In this document: piece after piece, positions 28,458 to 42,607 of the stretch
Numbering within the stretch: position 1 is the stretch's first letter
Layout of the letters: every line of letters starts with the position of its first letter
NCBI GenBank assembly: GCA_964016885.1
Contig: OZ024742.1
Coordinates: 265,980,001-266,044,000, forward strand
Reading direction: 5' to 3'
Length of the DNA stretch: 64,000 nucleotides
From: Eledone cirrhosa
Lineage: Eukaryota
The notes under the pieces: generated by a model
Database searches by the model: none
The model's input: the letters and a program-made list of their open reading frames with translations, nothing else
What the model was told of the DNA's origin: nothing
Made by a program: the position numbers and the translations under genes

Positions 28458-28495
28458 TTTTTACCGGTTGCGCATTTCTAAATGCTTTTCAAAAA
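28458..28495 (-). ncRNA. Degenerate hammerhead (U3-A8 core, GAAA changed to GCAA)
   Basis: ttt-TTGAAAA-gcat ttagaa atgc-GCAA-ccgg-TA-aaa; homologous to 30263-30300. Confidence 0.6.
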
Positions 28496-28556
28496 TAATT
28501 TTGAGATAGAGCGTCCGTGTTGTTTGCTCTGATCTGATTAGTTTTGGGAATTCTAC

Positions 28557-28927
28557 CTGTTTTTATGTTAAAAAAGTGGCTCCAACGCTACTTGGTGTTG
28601 CAAAAATTCTTGTGGTCAAAACAATTTTGATTGGTCGGTAGAGGTCATGTGAATGTAAAAAATTGATTTTGCGCCAAGACTGTTTTTATGTTAAAAAAGT
28701 GGTTCCAGCGCTACTTGGTGTTGCAAAAATTCTTGTGGTCAAAACAATTTTGATTGGTCGGTAGAGGTCATGTGAATGTAAAAAATTGATTTTGCGCCAA
28801 GACTGTTTTTATGTTAAAAAAGTGGGTCCAGCGCTACTTGGTGTTGCAAAATTCTTGTGGTCAAAACAATTTTGATTGGTCGGTAGAGGTCATGTGAATG
28901 TAAAAAATTGATTTTGCGCCAAGACTG
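28557..28927. repeat. 3 x 123 bp tandem repeat inside a pLTR-like segment
   Basis: Units start at ~28557, 28680 and 28803 and are nearly identical. Confidence 0.95.
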
Positions 28928-28949
28928 AGAAATGACTCTTTCACAACAA

Positions 28950-29009
<60 letters not shown>

Positions 29010-29102
29010 TAGTAGTAGTAAAGTGTTCGATGTTGTGAAAATGGTTAGCAGGGATGTGTGTGCGAACCGCAGCCTGTTGACAGTTCAAATGGTTATTAAG
29101 AT

Positions 29103-29136
<34 letters not shown>

Positions 29137-29243
29137 CAGAGTAATTCGCGGTAGCGGGATGGTCAGTAGGAATGTGTCTGTAAGCAGTGGGAGGTATTTT
29201 AGCATGTCAAAAGATATTTTTCAGCTTTTGTCTTATACGGAGA

Positions 29244-29275
<32 letters not shown>

Positions 29276-29276
29276 C

Positions 29277-29328
<52 letters not shown>

Positions 29329-29379
29329 GTCTCTTTGTATGTTAATGTACGCGTGTGTATGTGTGTGTATATATGTGTG

Positions 29380-30350
29380 GTCGACAAACTTGACTCCACA
29401 AATAAGGAAACCGCCACCGGATACAAACCCTCCGAAATCGGCGACAAACTCCAAAACCTTGCGATACTATCCCCAAACTATGTTCACTACTACCAACCCA
29501 GGAAAAACCAACGAAGAACCATGTGAGATTGATTCATACAAAATGAAAATTCGAACAATTCCAAAATGGAACAAATCCCTCAGAGACAGGAAAGTTCAGT
29601 ACTCACGTGCAGATCAAAAGAAAAGAAAAAGTAAAGAGAAGAAGAAACAGAAAGGAAAGTTTTCCTAACTCTCCCCCGTAAACTACAAATAAAGTCCATT
29701 CCAAATGAACCCGAATCTCAAAGACACCTTAGGGAAAGAATGGCATTGGAAAAAATGAAGACAGAAATTGAACTACTTAAACTGAGGGCCCAGACAAATG
29801 AGGAAAAAATCAAAACCATCGATGAAGAGATCCTCCTGGAAATCAACAATAAAACTGAAGGCCCCCAAGGTAGAGAAGATCTCCAAATTATGGAAAGGGG
29901 ACTGCAACAGAGAAGAACTGAAATCCCTTCAACGCTGGGATGAAAATTTGTTCACGTGACAGCCATAATTTCATTTATAACCAACCAAAAAAAAGCCTTC
30001 GTGAGCCTCCTTTTTTCAAGTAAAAAGAAATTCAAACACTCATATATGAAAAAACAACCTGTGACAACCCCCCCCCCCCCCCCTCTTATTTGAAGAACTA
30101 TTGTAACGCGAACTGGCGCGAAATTTATTATAATTATTGACAAACCAATCAAATTACTTCTCGAAAAACCTGGCATTTCGAGCCACTTTTTCCATATAAA
30201 ACAAGTAACATTCAGAGACCAACCAGATGTAAGAAAAACCACAGACCCTCCATCTCAACTCACCTTTTGAAAAGCAGAAGAACTGCGAAACCGGTAAAGG
30301 AACTAAATAAATATATATATTTTTTTTAAAAATAATAATAATAATAAAAA
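29380..30350 (+). mobile_element. Internally deleted Penelope-like relic (coiled-coil ORF remnant plus pLTR with HHR)
   Basis: ORF 29740-29943 (EKMKTEIELLKLRAQTNEEKIKTIDEEILLEI) followed by a segment homologous to minus-strand 28460-28680; the PLE assignment rests mainly on the HHR. Confidence 0.5.
30263..30300 (+). ncRNA. Minimal type-I hammerhead ribozyme, U3-A8 variant
   Basis: cctt-TTGAAAA-gcag aagaa ctgc-GAAA-ccgg-TA-aagg; stems I and II are perfect, stem III is the palindrome ACCGGT. Confidence 0.8.
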
Positions 30351-30391
30351 ATAAGACTCCAGTTGCATTTTCGATTTCATCTCTTTTTCTT

Positions 30392-30857
<466 letters not shown>

Positions 30858-31057
30858 TATGTATACGTACATACATATATGTATACAGACGTACAGTAGT
30901 ATGTATATATATACATACATGCACACATATATATATGAACGTATGGATTCACCGAACATTTATTATAATGCTCGGTGTGTATGTAAACAAACATCCCGTA
31001 TTAAGCCGTAGTGTCTAGCAACCATCGTTGCTTGTTTGTTCCACACTGACAAAGGAA

Positions 31058-31098
31058 CGCTGTACTAGTTCCATGCTTATTAGCTTTCGTCAGCAACG
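31058..31098 (-). ncRNA. Array hammerhead 1 (core lesion, GAAA changed to GGAA)
   Basis: cgttg-CTGACGA-aagctaataagcat-GGAA-ctag-TA-cagcg. Confidence 0.65.
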
Positions 31099-31510
31099 TA
31101 AACCTTCCTGCCAGATTATTAAACGTCTGAAAGTATATACTTTCCTTATGCATATTAACGGCTGAGCAGCCTAATTTGCATATCGAGTGGGTTAATCGGC
31201 CGGGTGCACCGAAAACGATAAACGTAAAAAATGGAACGAAATTTCATTTCCCACTCTTAGTACGGCTGTTACTTAAATATAAGTATGTATACGTACATAC
31301 ATATATGTATACAGACGTACAGTAGTATGTATATATATACATACTACATGTATATATATATATATACATACATGCACATATATATATATGTACGTATGGA
31401 TTCACCGAACATTTATTATAATGCTCGGTGTGTTTGTAAACAAACATCCCGTATTAAGCCGTAGTGTCTAGCAACCATCGTTGCTCGTTTGTTCAACCCT
31501 GACAAAGGAA

Positions 31511-31551
31511 CGCTGTACTAGTTTCAAGCGTATTAGCTATCGTCAGCAACG
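31511..31551 (-). ncRNA. Array hammerhead 2
   Basis: cgttg-CTGACGA-tagctaatacgctt-GAAA-ctag-TA-cagcg. Confidence 0.85.
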
Positions 31552-31945
31552 TATACCTTCCTGCCAGATGATTGAACGTCTGAAAGTATATACTTTCCTT
31601 GTGCATATTAACGGCTGAGCAGCTTAATTTGCATATCGAGTGGGTTAATTGGCCCGGTGCACCGAAAACGATAAACGGAAAAAATGAAACGAAATTTCAT
31701 TTCTCACTCTTAGTACGGCTGTTACTTAAATATAAGTATGTATACGTACATACATATAAGTATGTATACAGACGTACAGTAGTATGCATATATATACATA
31801 CATGCACACATATATATATATATGTACCTATGGATTTCCGAGCATTTATTATAATGCTCGGTTTGTTTGTAAACAAACATCCCGAATTAAGCCGTACAGT
31901 GTTTAGCAACCATCGTTGCCCTTTTGTTCAACACTGACAAAGGAA

Positions 31946-31986
31946 CGATGTACTAGTTTCAAGCTTATTAGCTATCGTCAGCACCG
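31946..31986 (-). ncRNA. Array hammerhead 3
   Basis: cggtg-CTGACGA-tagctaataagctt-GAAA-ctag-TA-catcg. Confidence 0.88.
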
Positions 31987-32375
31987 TATACCTTCCTGCC
32001 AGATGATTGAACGTCTGAAAGTATATACTTTCCTGATGCATATTAACGGTTGAGTAGCCTAATTTGCATATCCAGTGAGTTAATCGGCCGGGCGCACCGA
32101 AAACGATAAACGGAAAAAATGAAACGAAAATTCATTTCTCACTCTTAGTACGGCTGTTACTTAAATATAAGTATGTATACGTACATACATATATGTATAC
32201 AGACGTACAGTAGTATGTATATATATACATACATGCACACATATATATATATGTACGTATGGATTCACCGAACATTTATTATAATGCTCGGTTTGTTTGT
32301 AAACAAACATCCCGAATTAAGCCGTACAGTGTATAGCAACCATCGTTGCCCTTTTGTTCAACACTGACAAAGGAA

Positions 32376-32416
32376 CGTTGTACTAGTTTCAAGCTTATTA
32401 GCTATCGTCAGCACCG
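32376..32416 (-). ncRNA. Array hammerhead 4 (one stem I mismatch)
   Basis: cggtg-CTGACGA-tagctaataagctt-GAAA-ctag-TA-caacg. Confidence 0.8.
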
Positions 32417-32600
32417 TATACCTTCCTGCCAGATGATCGAACGTCTGAAAGTATATGCATATTAATGGCTGAGCAGCCTAATTTGCATATCGAGTGAGTT
32501 AATCGGCCGGGCACACCAAAAACGATAAACGGAAAAAATGAAACGAAATTTCATTTCTCACTCTTAGTACGACTGTTACTTAAATATAAGTATGTATACG

Positions 32601-33758
<1,158 letters not shown>

Positions 33759-33817
33759 AAAGGCTCTGATACCATCAACACTATACACACAGAGCTGGCA
33801 TATCTAAGAACTGACTA

Positions 33818-33873
33818 ATTGCCTGATGAGGTCATAGCCATTCAACGGCTATCATCGAAATATATATAGCAGT
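33818..33873 (+). ncRNA. Type-I hammerhead ribozyme in a solo pLTR-like remnant
   Basis: attgc-CTGATGA-ggtcatagcc attcaac ggctatcatc-GAAA-tatata-TA-gcagt, followed by AATAAA. Confidence 0.85.
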
Positions 33874-34238
33874 AAATAAAGGATTATGGGTTCATGCAAT
33901 TGACTTGTGTTTCGTCACTATATACATATATATATATATATATTAAAGATATGCATATGTATCTGCGTAATACGCACGGTTTGATTCATATTTACAACAG
34001 TTATAACACTTAAAACAAATTATACGGTTAAATATGTATATAAAGCAATACATACTCTTGATTATAGATTAGTTTTGTGGATTAATTAGTGGTTAATTAG
34101 TCAGTCTATCTGACTATACTTAATCACTTGTCAAAAATTTGTACAAGTGTAAAAATTTGGAAAAATACTTCCCGTGGGTAATTATGGCAAATGACAGTTA
34201 CAGCGACATAAATACTAATAGGAGAAAATATTTGTTGT

Positions 34239-34352
<114 letters not shown>

Positions 34353-34835
34353 CAAATCTAATATACGCTATGGTGAATCATAAATATCTATTATTATGTT
34401 GCCAAAGAATGCGTTGGATTTGCAGTATTAGTAATACGCCTGACAATATGTTTTGCAGTATTTAGTAACGACCGAGAGCAGCTTTAACTTTCATCCGTCC
34501 GAAGCCAATAAAATAGTTTCCATTAAATACTAGGGCCGATATAATCGACTTTGCTGATCTTGTGTCAATGCTAAAAAAACAAATGCACATCATGAACACC
34601 ATGCAATTTTCAGCTAAATTCTACATCATGCACACTAAATAAAATTATAGGAGTGTTTTATCTTCTGGTGAAGAGACAATATTCTCCGAAATGCATAAGA
34701 ATGAACTCTTATATTTTTTCATGTGCGGGGAAATAGTTTTTTTCCCAGCGTTAAATAATTTAGTTATATGTAATTTACTATTATATCTATATTAAATTTC
34801 ACTCAAATAGTGTAACATTATTTATCTTTATCCAT

Positions 34836-35022
34836 GGCGGTGGATTGGCAGTATCGGTAGAGGTTCGGACCCCATGCTTTGACGCATAGAGTTACGGCCC
34901 TTGCCATTCTGAGTTCAAATCCCGCCGAGGTTAACTTTGCCTTTCATCCTTACGGGGTCGATAAAATAAAGTACCAGTAATGTACTGGGTAATTTTCTGG
35001 CCTTGTGCCAATAGTAGAAACA
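34836..35022 (+). mobile_element. Full-length Meta-domain-type SINE with 16 bp target-site duplication
   Basis: tRNA-like head (gagttcaaatcc B-box), Meta-like core, tail cttgtgccaatagtagaaaca; TSD attatttatctttatc at 34817-34832 and 35023-35038. Confidence 0.9.
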
Positions 35023-35194
35023 ATTATTTATCTTTATCATTACATTGCAGCCCTGCTGAGGCATTACCAAGGAATTTAATCGAACATATCGACCCTAGTA
35101 TTTAATTCTCTCGATTTGTATTTTGTTGAACAATATGGTAACAGGGTATGAACAAGCGTTAGACGTACACAAACACACACACACACACACACAG

Positions 35195-35325
<131 letters not shown>

Positions 35326-35339
35326 TGCGTATATATGAG

Positions 35340-35662
35340 TGTTGTGTGTTTGTGTGTTTATTCTTTATATTCACGAATGACCATGGTTTTGCACCTAGAA
35401 AGTTTTCCTCCTTGGCACAAACGTGGGCAAGATTTGTTTGTGGATGACAAGCAGTCGTACATGCATACCAACCTCCCCTCTCCACGCCACCGATGTTCTA
35501 CAAGGCAAAGACAGTGGCCGATACAGCTTCACACCAGAAACTTCGCATCTACTGCTGGGTGAACTGGAGCAACGTGATCAAGGATATAACACATCATCCG
35601 GTCCGAGAATTAAACTCACAACCCCTGAATTGCAGGCCCGACACTAACCACTAAGCCATTCA
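35340..35662 (-). mobile_element. tRNA-derived SINE (CORE-like) with LINE-like tail
   Basis: Minus strand head tggcttagtggttagtgtcgggcctgcaattcaggggttgtgagtttaattc, then gttgctccagttcacccagc. Confidence 0.6.
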
Positions 35663-35666
35663 CCTT

Positions 35667-35716
<50 letters not shown>

Positions 35717-35737
35717 TAACATATATCATATATATAT

Positions 35738-35786
<49 letters not shown>

Positions 35787-35812
35787 TAAAATAACATAAA
35801 TCATATATATAT

Positions 35813-36820
<1,008 letters not shown>

Positions 36821-37057
36821 GTTCAACAAGTAGTTTTTCCAACGGTTTAATTTCCGGAAGTGAGTATGTGATCCAAGATTAATGGGAGCTAATGCGTAAG
36901 TGGAGGTAACTCGCTAATAAATTCAATTATTTAAATTCTTTGCTCTAATACACATTATAATGTGATACAAGTGAATCTCTATTACATAATGCTATATGTT
37001 TAAACCTAATTTTAAATACAGTGTATTTTCCTATAATACATTAAAGGTCTCTTTAGG

Positions 37058-37336
37058 ACGTTCAATCATCTGGCAGGAAGCTATACGGTGCTGACGATAG
37101 CTAATAAGCTTGAAACTAGTACATCGTTCCTTTGTCAGTGTTGAACAAAAGGGCAACGATGGTTGTAAACACTGTACGGCTTAATTCGGGATGTTTGTTT
37201 ACAAACAAACCGAGCATTATAATAAATGTTCGGTAAATCCATACGTACATATATATATATATGTGTGCATGTATGTATATATATACATACTACTGTACGT
37301 CTGTATACATATATGTATGTACGTATACATACTTAT
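37058..37336 (+). repeat. Inverted partial monomer of the 30.9-32.6 kb array
   Basis: Reverse complement of the array unit; most similar to units 3 and 4. Confidence 0.92.
37086..37126 (+). ncRNA. Array-family hammerhead 5
   Basis: cggtg-CTGACGA-tagctaataagctt-GAAA-ctag-TA-catcg, identical to hammerhead 3. Confidence 0.88.
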
Positions 37337-37349
37337 ATATATATATATA

Positions 37350-38045
37350 CAAAATTAATTAAATTAAATTAAATTAAATTAAGGGAGTCATGTCCGAGAC
37401 ATGCGCCATATCCACCGTAGAATATGCTCAAAGATTCCAATGAATAGATCCGAGCATTTTATATCAACTAGAAATTGATTGACATATATATATATTTAAA
37501 ATAAACACATGAAACAATCACAGGGGATAATTTGTAAAGTGCGTAATCACACATAGTTAGGTAGGTAACTAATTAAAGTTTAACTAGAGCTTCAAATATT
37601 ACCTTTTAAAAAATGATTAATCTTCCTTGTATATATTTCATTAATCCGTAAAGTCACAGTAGTCAAATCCGTATCTTCAGCAAGGGAGAAGATTTAACTA
37701 TCTGTGTTTCCACATCAAATGCAAATCTGCGAGTGACCCATCGCACGTGTTGCAATTCTAAAACTACTAACAACATGCTAGCGTCATCCCAGTGGCGTCA
37801 ATAGGGTGATCGACAGCTATAAATAGCAGTCGAGTTTTTTCAACTGAGTTAGCTCTACAATTAAGGAGCCGTGTATATATCCAAAATTAATTAAATTAAA
37901 TTAAATTAAGGGCATCATGTCCGAGACATGCGTCATATCCACCGCAGAATAAGCTCAAAGATTCCAATGAATGGATCCGAGCATTTTATATCAATTTCAT
38001 GTGTTTATTTTAAATATATATATGTCAATCAATTTCTAGTTGATA
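37350..38045. repeat. ~115 bp direct repeats plus a ~50 bp inverted segment (pLTR-like relic)
   Basis: 37350-37467 matches 37882-37994; ~37465-37514 is inverted at ~37995-38045. Confidence 0.8.
37625..37685 (-). ncRNA. Hammerhead relic with intact core and stems I/III but unpaired stem II
   Basis: ccttg-CTGAAGA-(34 nt)-GAAA-tata-TA-caagg. Confidence 0.55.
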
Positions 38046-38145
38046 TATATATATTTGTGAATCCCGAGTTCAATCAGAGGTAACCACAGTAATTAAAGTA
38101 CTCAATACATTAATAGAGTATAAACACGATGTTTAATATAGAAAT

Positions 38146-38197
38146 GGCTTCTACAAGATTAGAACTGTTTCATTCAAAGTAAATCATCAGGAAAGCC
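38146..38197 (-). ncRNA. Type-I hammerhead, same family as 27143-27193
   Basis: ggctttc-CTGATGA-tttactttgaat-GAAA-cagttctaatcttg-TA-gaagcc; weak stem II. Confidence 0.7.
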
Positions 38198-38279
38198 AAA
38201 TGTCCTTGTAAAACGATGGTATTTATATGTTTTGTGGTGGTTGGGAAAGGTGGTGATTTTGGGGGATGGGTAGCGGTTT

Positions 38280-38473
38280 GGGCAAGGGGTTTTAAAGAAT
38301 AGGGATCTTTGAAAGAACTATTTTTAGAAATATAAACAATAATACAATAACACAGGTAAAAGACAAGGTTTGAGTATGAATATGAACCTTGTCTTTTACC
38401 TGTGTTATTGTATTATTGTTTATATTTCTAAAAATAGTTCTTTCAAAGATCCCTATTCTTTAAAACCCCTTGC

Positions 38474-38475
<2 letters not shown>
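38280..38475. repeat. Perfect 91 bp inverted repeat with 14 bp spacer
   Basis: 38280-38370 is the reverse complement of 38385-38475. Confidence 0.95.
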
Positions 38476-38527
<52 letters not shown>

Positions 38528-38550
38528 GCAACATGACGCTCCCAAAGTAT

Positions 38551-38623
<73 letters not shown>

Positions 38624-38626
<3 letters not shown>

Positions 38627-41600
38627 GAGCAAAGTGCTGTTGAAAAGCCACACACATCTGCTCGGGTTCGAGCAACAAGCGCCCGTTTTGATCAGACAAA
38701 CACCGAATTGTGGATTTGTTGCCACGTCGCACTTCCGCCACCCGGGCCCATTGAACGGCTTTCGTCTCCTCGTGTCTCAGAGCACGCGCTCTAGCTCTGA
38801 CAACGCATCCTTCATGCTTTGCGTTGAAGAATTGGTCGAGTGCCAATCTCACCGCAAGCACGTCGGTTGTGATGCCTGTCCTAAATGCATCTTCTAGCTT
38901 TCTAACTAACTCTCCCTCTACTCTATTTTTCTCTATCACTACTCCTTTGCTAAACCTTATCGATTCTACTCTAATAGCCCTTTTCAGGGTAAACCACCAC
39001 CTGTTGTTTACGATCTCACCGGTCAACGCCCGCTTAACTAATTCGCTAATCCGGTCTCTGTAAGCTTTACGCACCGGGAACGACGCGTTCGGCTTCCAGT
39101 AGCCGGGCCCTTGCCTATGGAGTCTATCTAAGTCAACTTCACATATCACAAATTTGTGGCCCGTGTAGTCGACTACTTTAAATTGTCGACAACCTACACT
39201 AGCCTTATCAGTTTCCCTACAGAATACCCTATCTAAATACGATCTGGATGACCCGATGCGGTTTGTCCATATCCACATTGGCACATTCGGATAATCCAGT
39301 CTATACCTGTCAGACAGTTCAAAACGTCTGAGCAGGTTATTGAGGCTTTTTACTCTCCTGCCCTGTCTACTAGGCCCACATAATCCCAGCGTGCATCCAA
39401 GATACCGTTCCAGTCGCCCACTAACACTAAAGAGGGGGACGTTCCGAGAAAGGTCTCTACACGTCTGACGAAATCTGGCCATCCTGCCCCTGTTGGGGCG
39501 TAGACAGCTTCTAGCCTGAAAGCATTGCTTTCGCTGCCGGTGACGTCCAGCACCACCGACTTACCTTCTGGGTCCAGGAAGATGGCCCGTATGGCGAGAT
39601 CCAAGCCTCTCCGAAAAAGCACAGCAGCTCCTCCCCCCGATACTGGACGACTGAGAGATGCATATACATCATAGCCGCCGAAGCTCGGTGCGAAGGCTTG
39701 TGCTTCGGAGATTCAGGTCTCGCTGATGGCCACCACATCTATGTTTAGTGACCTGAGATCGTTCAGCAGATGGCCCTGCTTCCACGACGACCCCAGGCCA
39801 CGCGCATTTATGCTGCCTATTCTGAGTAAGGTCATGTTGAAAAAAGTGAAAAAAGATGGGAAAGACCACTTACCTCACCTTTTGTGGGAAGGATCGTTTT
39901 TCCGTACTTCTCACCGCTTGTGGCCCCCTCCGGAAGGATGTCTTTATAAATCCTCCTGGAAAATGTTTGTCGGAAGTGTCCGATGTCCTTGGGGAATTTT
40001 AATTTTAGTGTTGTGTATGTTTTCTGTGTGATGCGAGTGATTTGTATGTGTGGGGGTGGTGTGCATTTTTGGGGTGTTGTATAGTCTTTTTCTGAGATGG
40101 TGGTGTTGTGTTTGATGTAGTGTAGTAATTGGTTGTTGTTCAAATTTAATGTGTATCGGTTTGATTGCTTTATTTTGTTTGCGTTTGTTGTGGATTTGTT
40201 TCTGTTTCACTTGCTGGTGGTTTTGTGGTGTTGGTGATGGTGGTGTTGGGATTTATGATAGTGTTGGTGTTTGTGGTGATGGGGCTGGTGATGCTGGTCT
40301 GGGTGGTGACATAGCTGTCTTAACTTTTTTGTTAGTTTGTTTGTTTGTTTCGCCCTGCATTTTGTTTTTGGAGGGCGAAGGAAGAGGCTTTTTTTCTTTT
40401 CTGGTTTCTTTTTTTTTTTCCTGATACAGTTTCCCACTCCTCATCGTCACAATCTGTCTCCACTTGTGAGAGGTCGGGAAGTGAAAAATCCTCAACAGGC
40501 GTTGGTTTTGGTTGTGGCGTGGTGGATGGTCGAGGCGCTGGTGCTAATTCTGGCGCGGTGGTGGTGGGGGTGTTGGTCTTGCTACTGTTGCTGCTACAGT
40601 TGCTGTTTTCATGGCTGCTACAGTTGTTGCTGCCATTTCTGCTGCTGGTTTTGATGGTTGAGTCACTGGGGTGAGCAGGAGAGGTGGCCTCAACTTTTTA
40701 GCCTGAGGGCAGAAGGCCTGTAGATGGGTTCCTTCGCCACAAACAACACACCTAGGCCTTCTACCCTCAACGATTACGGTGAGATGGCTGCCGTCATTGA
40801 GGTCTATAGCCTTTGGAATTTCCTTATGTTTTTTGGTCCGCTTGTATCAGGAGCTCCATCCCAGATCCGGACCAGTTCTCCTGTTTTACTTTGATTACCT
40901 CGATTACTTTTGTGTCGGCCTCGATGTCGGCGAGGACGGCAGCCATTAGCCAGGGAATTTCAATGGCCGGCGGAACCTGGGTTACCCTGCTCCTTACCAG
41001 CCTCTGACCACAATAGCTAGGGACGAGTGTGAACTCGTCACTGTTTAATGGGGCCATTGAGTGCTCTCTGGCTTCTTGTGGGGTTCCAAAGAACACGTCC
41101 ACGGTTCCATATTTTTGTCCACTTCTCATGTGGGTTTTTTGAGCCCACACATGTCCCAAAGCTTTTTGTATCTGGGACTCGGATGCCCGTTCCACTCGGT
41201 ACCTTTTTATATTTATTGTGCGAAATGATACGGTGCATAGGCGCCGATGCTCCATGGTATTAGATGGGGGGTGAGGCTGACCCTGTAACCATATTTTTTT
41301 ACCATTCAGTTGACTTCATTCAATTCTTCCTGCCTTACCTCAACCGTTTCGTTTTTGTTTGCCGCTTTGGCAAAAGACACATTTGGTTTTGCGCTGGTGT
41401 TGATGTTGTTGTTGTTATTCTTATTGTTGCTGTTGTTGCTGTTGTTGTTATTGTTATTTTTGTTATTATTATTTTTAGTTTCAGTTGTTGTTGTTGTTGT
41501 TGTTGTGGTGGTGGTGGTGGTAGTGGTGGTGGTGGTGTCAGTGGCGTTCGGCGTGGAAGAGTCGATTTTGGGAGAATCCATTTCGATATCACGAGATAAT

Positions 41601-41900
41601 TTAGTTTTTGTTTCAGTTGTTGCTGTGGCGGTGGTGGTGGTATCAGTGGTGTTGGATGTACTCTTTGACATTGTGGTGGTGGAGATGGCGGCTTTAACAC
41701 CTGTAGACATTGGTAATAGCGGGAAATCCATGTCTGCATGCGAGAAATCTAAATAATTGCCACTGCTAGCAAAAATATTTTCGGTGTTGGGAACCGTAGC
41801 AAGGTTTACACTGGTGGTGGTGGTGGGAGATGTTGCTATGTTAGAACTGCTGTTAGCTGATTTGGGTAGCCGAATGCCGTCCATGTTTTTTTTTTTAAAG
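38624..41900 (-). mobile_element. Tx1/L1-clade LINE copy 1 (ORF1 and APE part of ORF2; 3' part missing)
   Basis: ORF1 pieces (Thr/Asn-rich N-terminus, CCHC knuckle region); APE motifs VYAP, VGDWN, SYLDRV; RARARA; collinear with 60480-62557. Confidence 0.9.
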
Positions 41901-42083
41901 AAATATTTGTTTGATAAACTAAAGTTTAAATTTTGGGCTCAAGGCCCCAATATAATTGAGTGTCCTTTTCAGAAAAGCAATATATATGTGCTTATAAACA
42001 TTTAACAAAAATTTTCCATAACTGGCAATTTGAAACAACTGAAAACAGCAAACCTTTGTGGAGCTCACGATAATACAATTTCC

Positions 42084-42126
<43 letters not shown>

Positions 42127-42127
<1 letters not shown>

Positions 42128-42584
42128 GACCTGATATAATATTGAAGGACTTTAAAAAGAGGGTATGCCTGCTAATTGATATGTCTGTTCCAATAGACAA
42201 GAATGTATCTATAAAAACATTTGAAAAATTGAGCAAGTATAAGGCCCTGGAGATAAAAATTGGAAAAATGTGGAAATTGAGAACTAAAACAATACCAGTG
42301 GTTGTAGGCGCTCTGGGAATGATACCTAAGGGGTCTATTGATTACTTATCGCAAATCCCAGGAAACCCGCGTATAGGAGAAATACAAAAGATAGTACTAA
42401 TGGGAACTGCCCATATACTAAGGAAGATTCTGTCAATATAAGTACATCACAAGTCTAAACACTAAAGATGCATGTGTGAGTATGTATGTTCTTTCTTGAA
42501 CATGGTGGACCTTGTTGTCTCTTGAGGTCACTGGTTGTGACTTGGTGATAACTCGTATGAACATAAAGCAAGATAAATGCAACT
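42127..42584 (+). mobile_element. R4/Dong LINE family B 3' fragment between (AAT)n tracts
   Basis: RPDIILKD..LIDMSVP..KLSKY..IPVVVGALG; matches 53365-53825. Confidence 0.92.
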
Positions 42585-42607
42585 GTAATAATAATAATAA
42601 TAATAAT

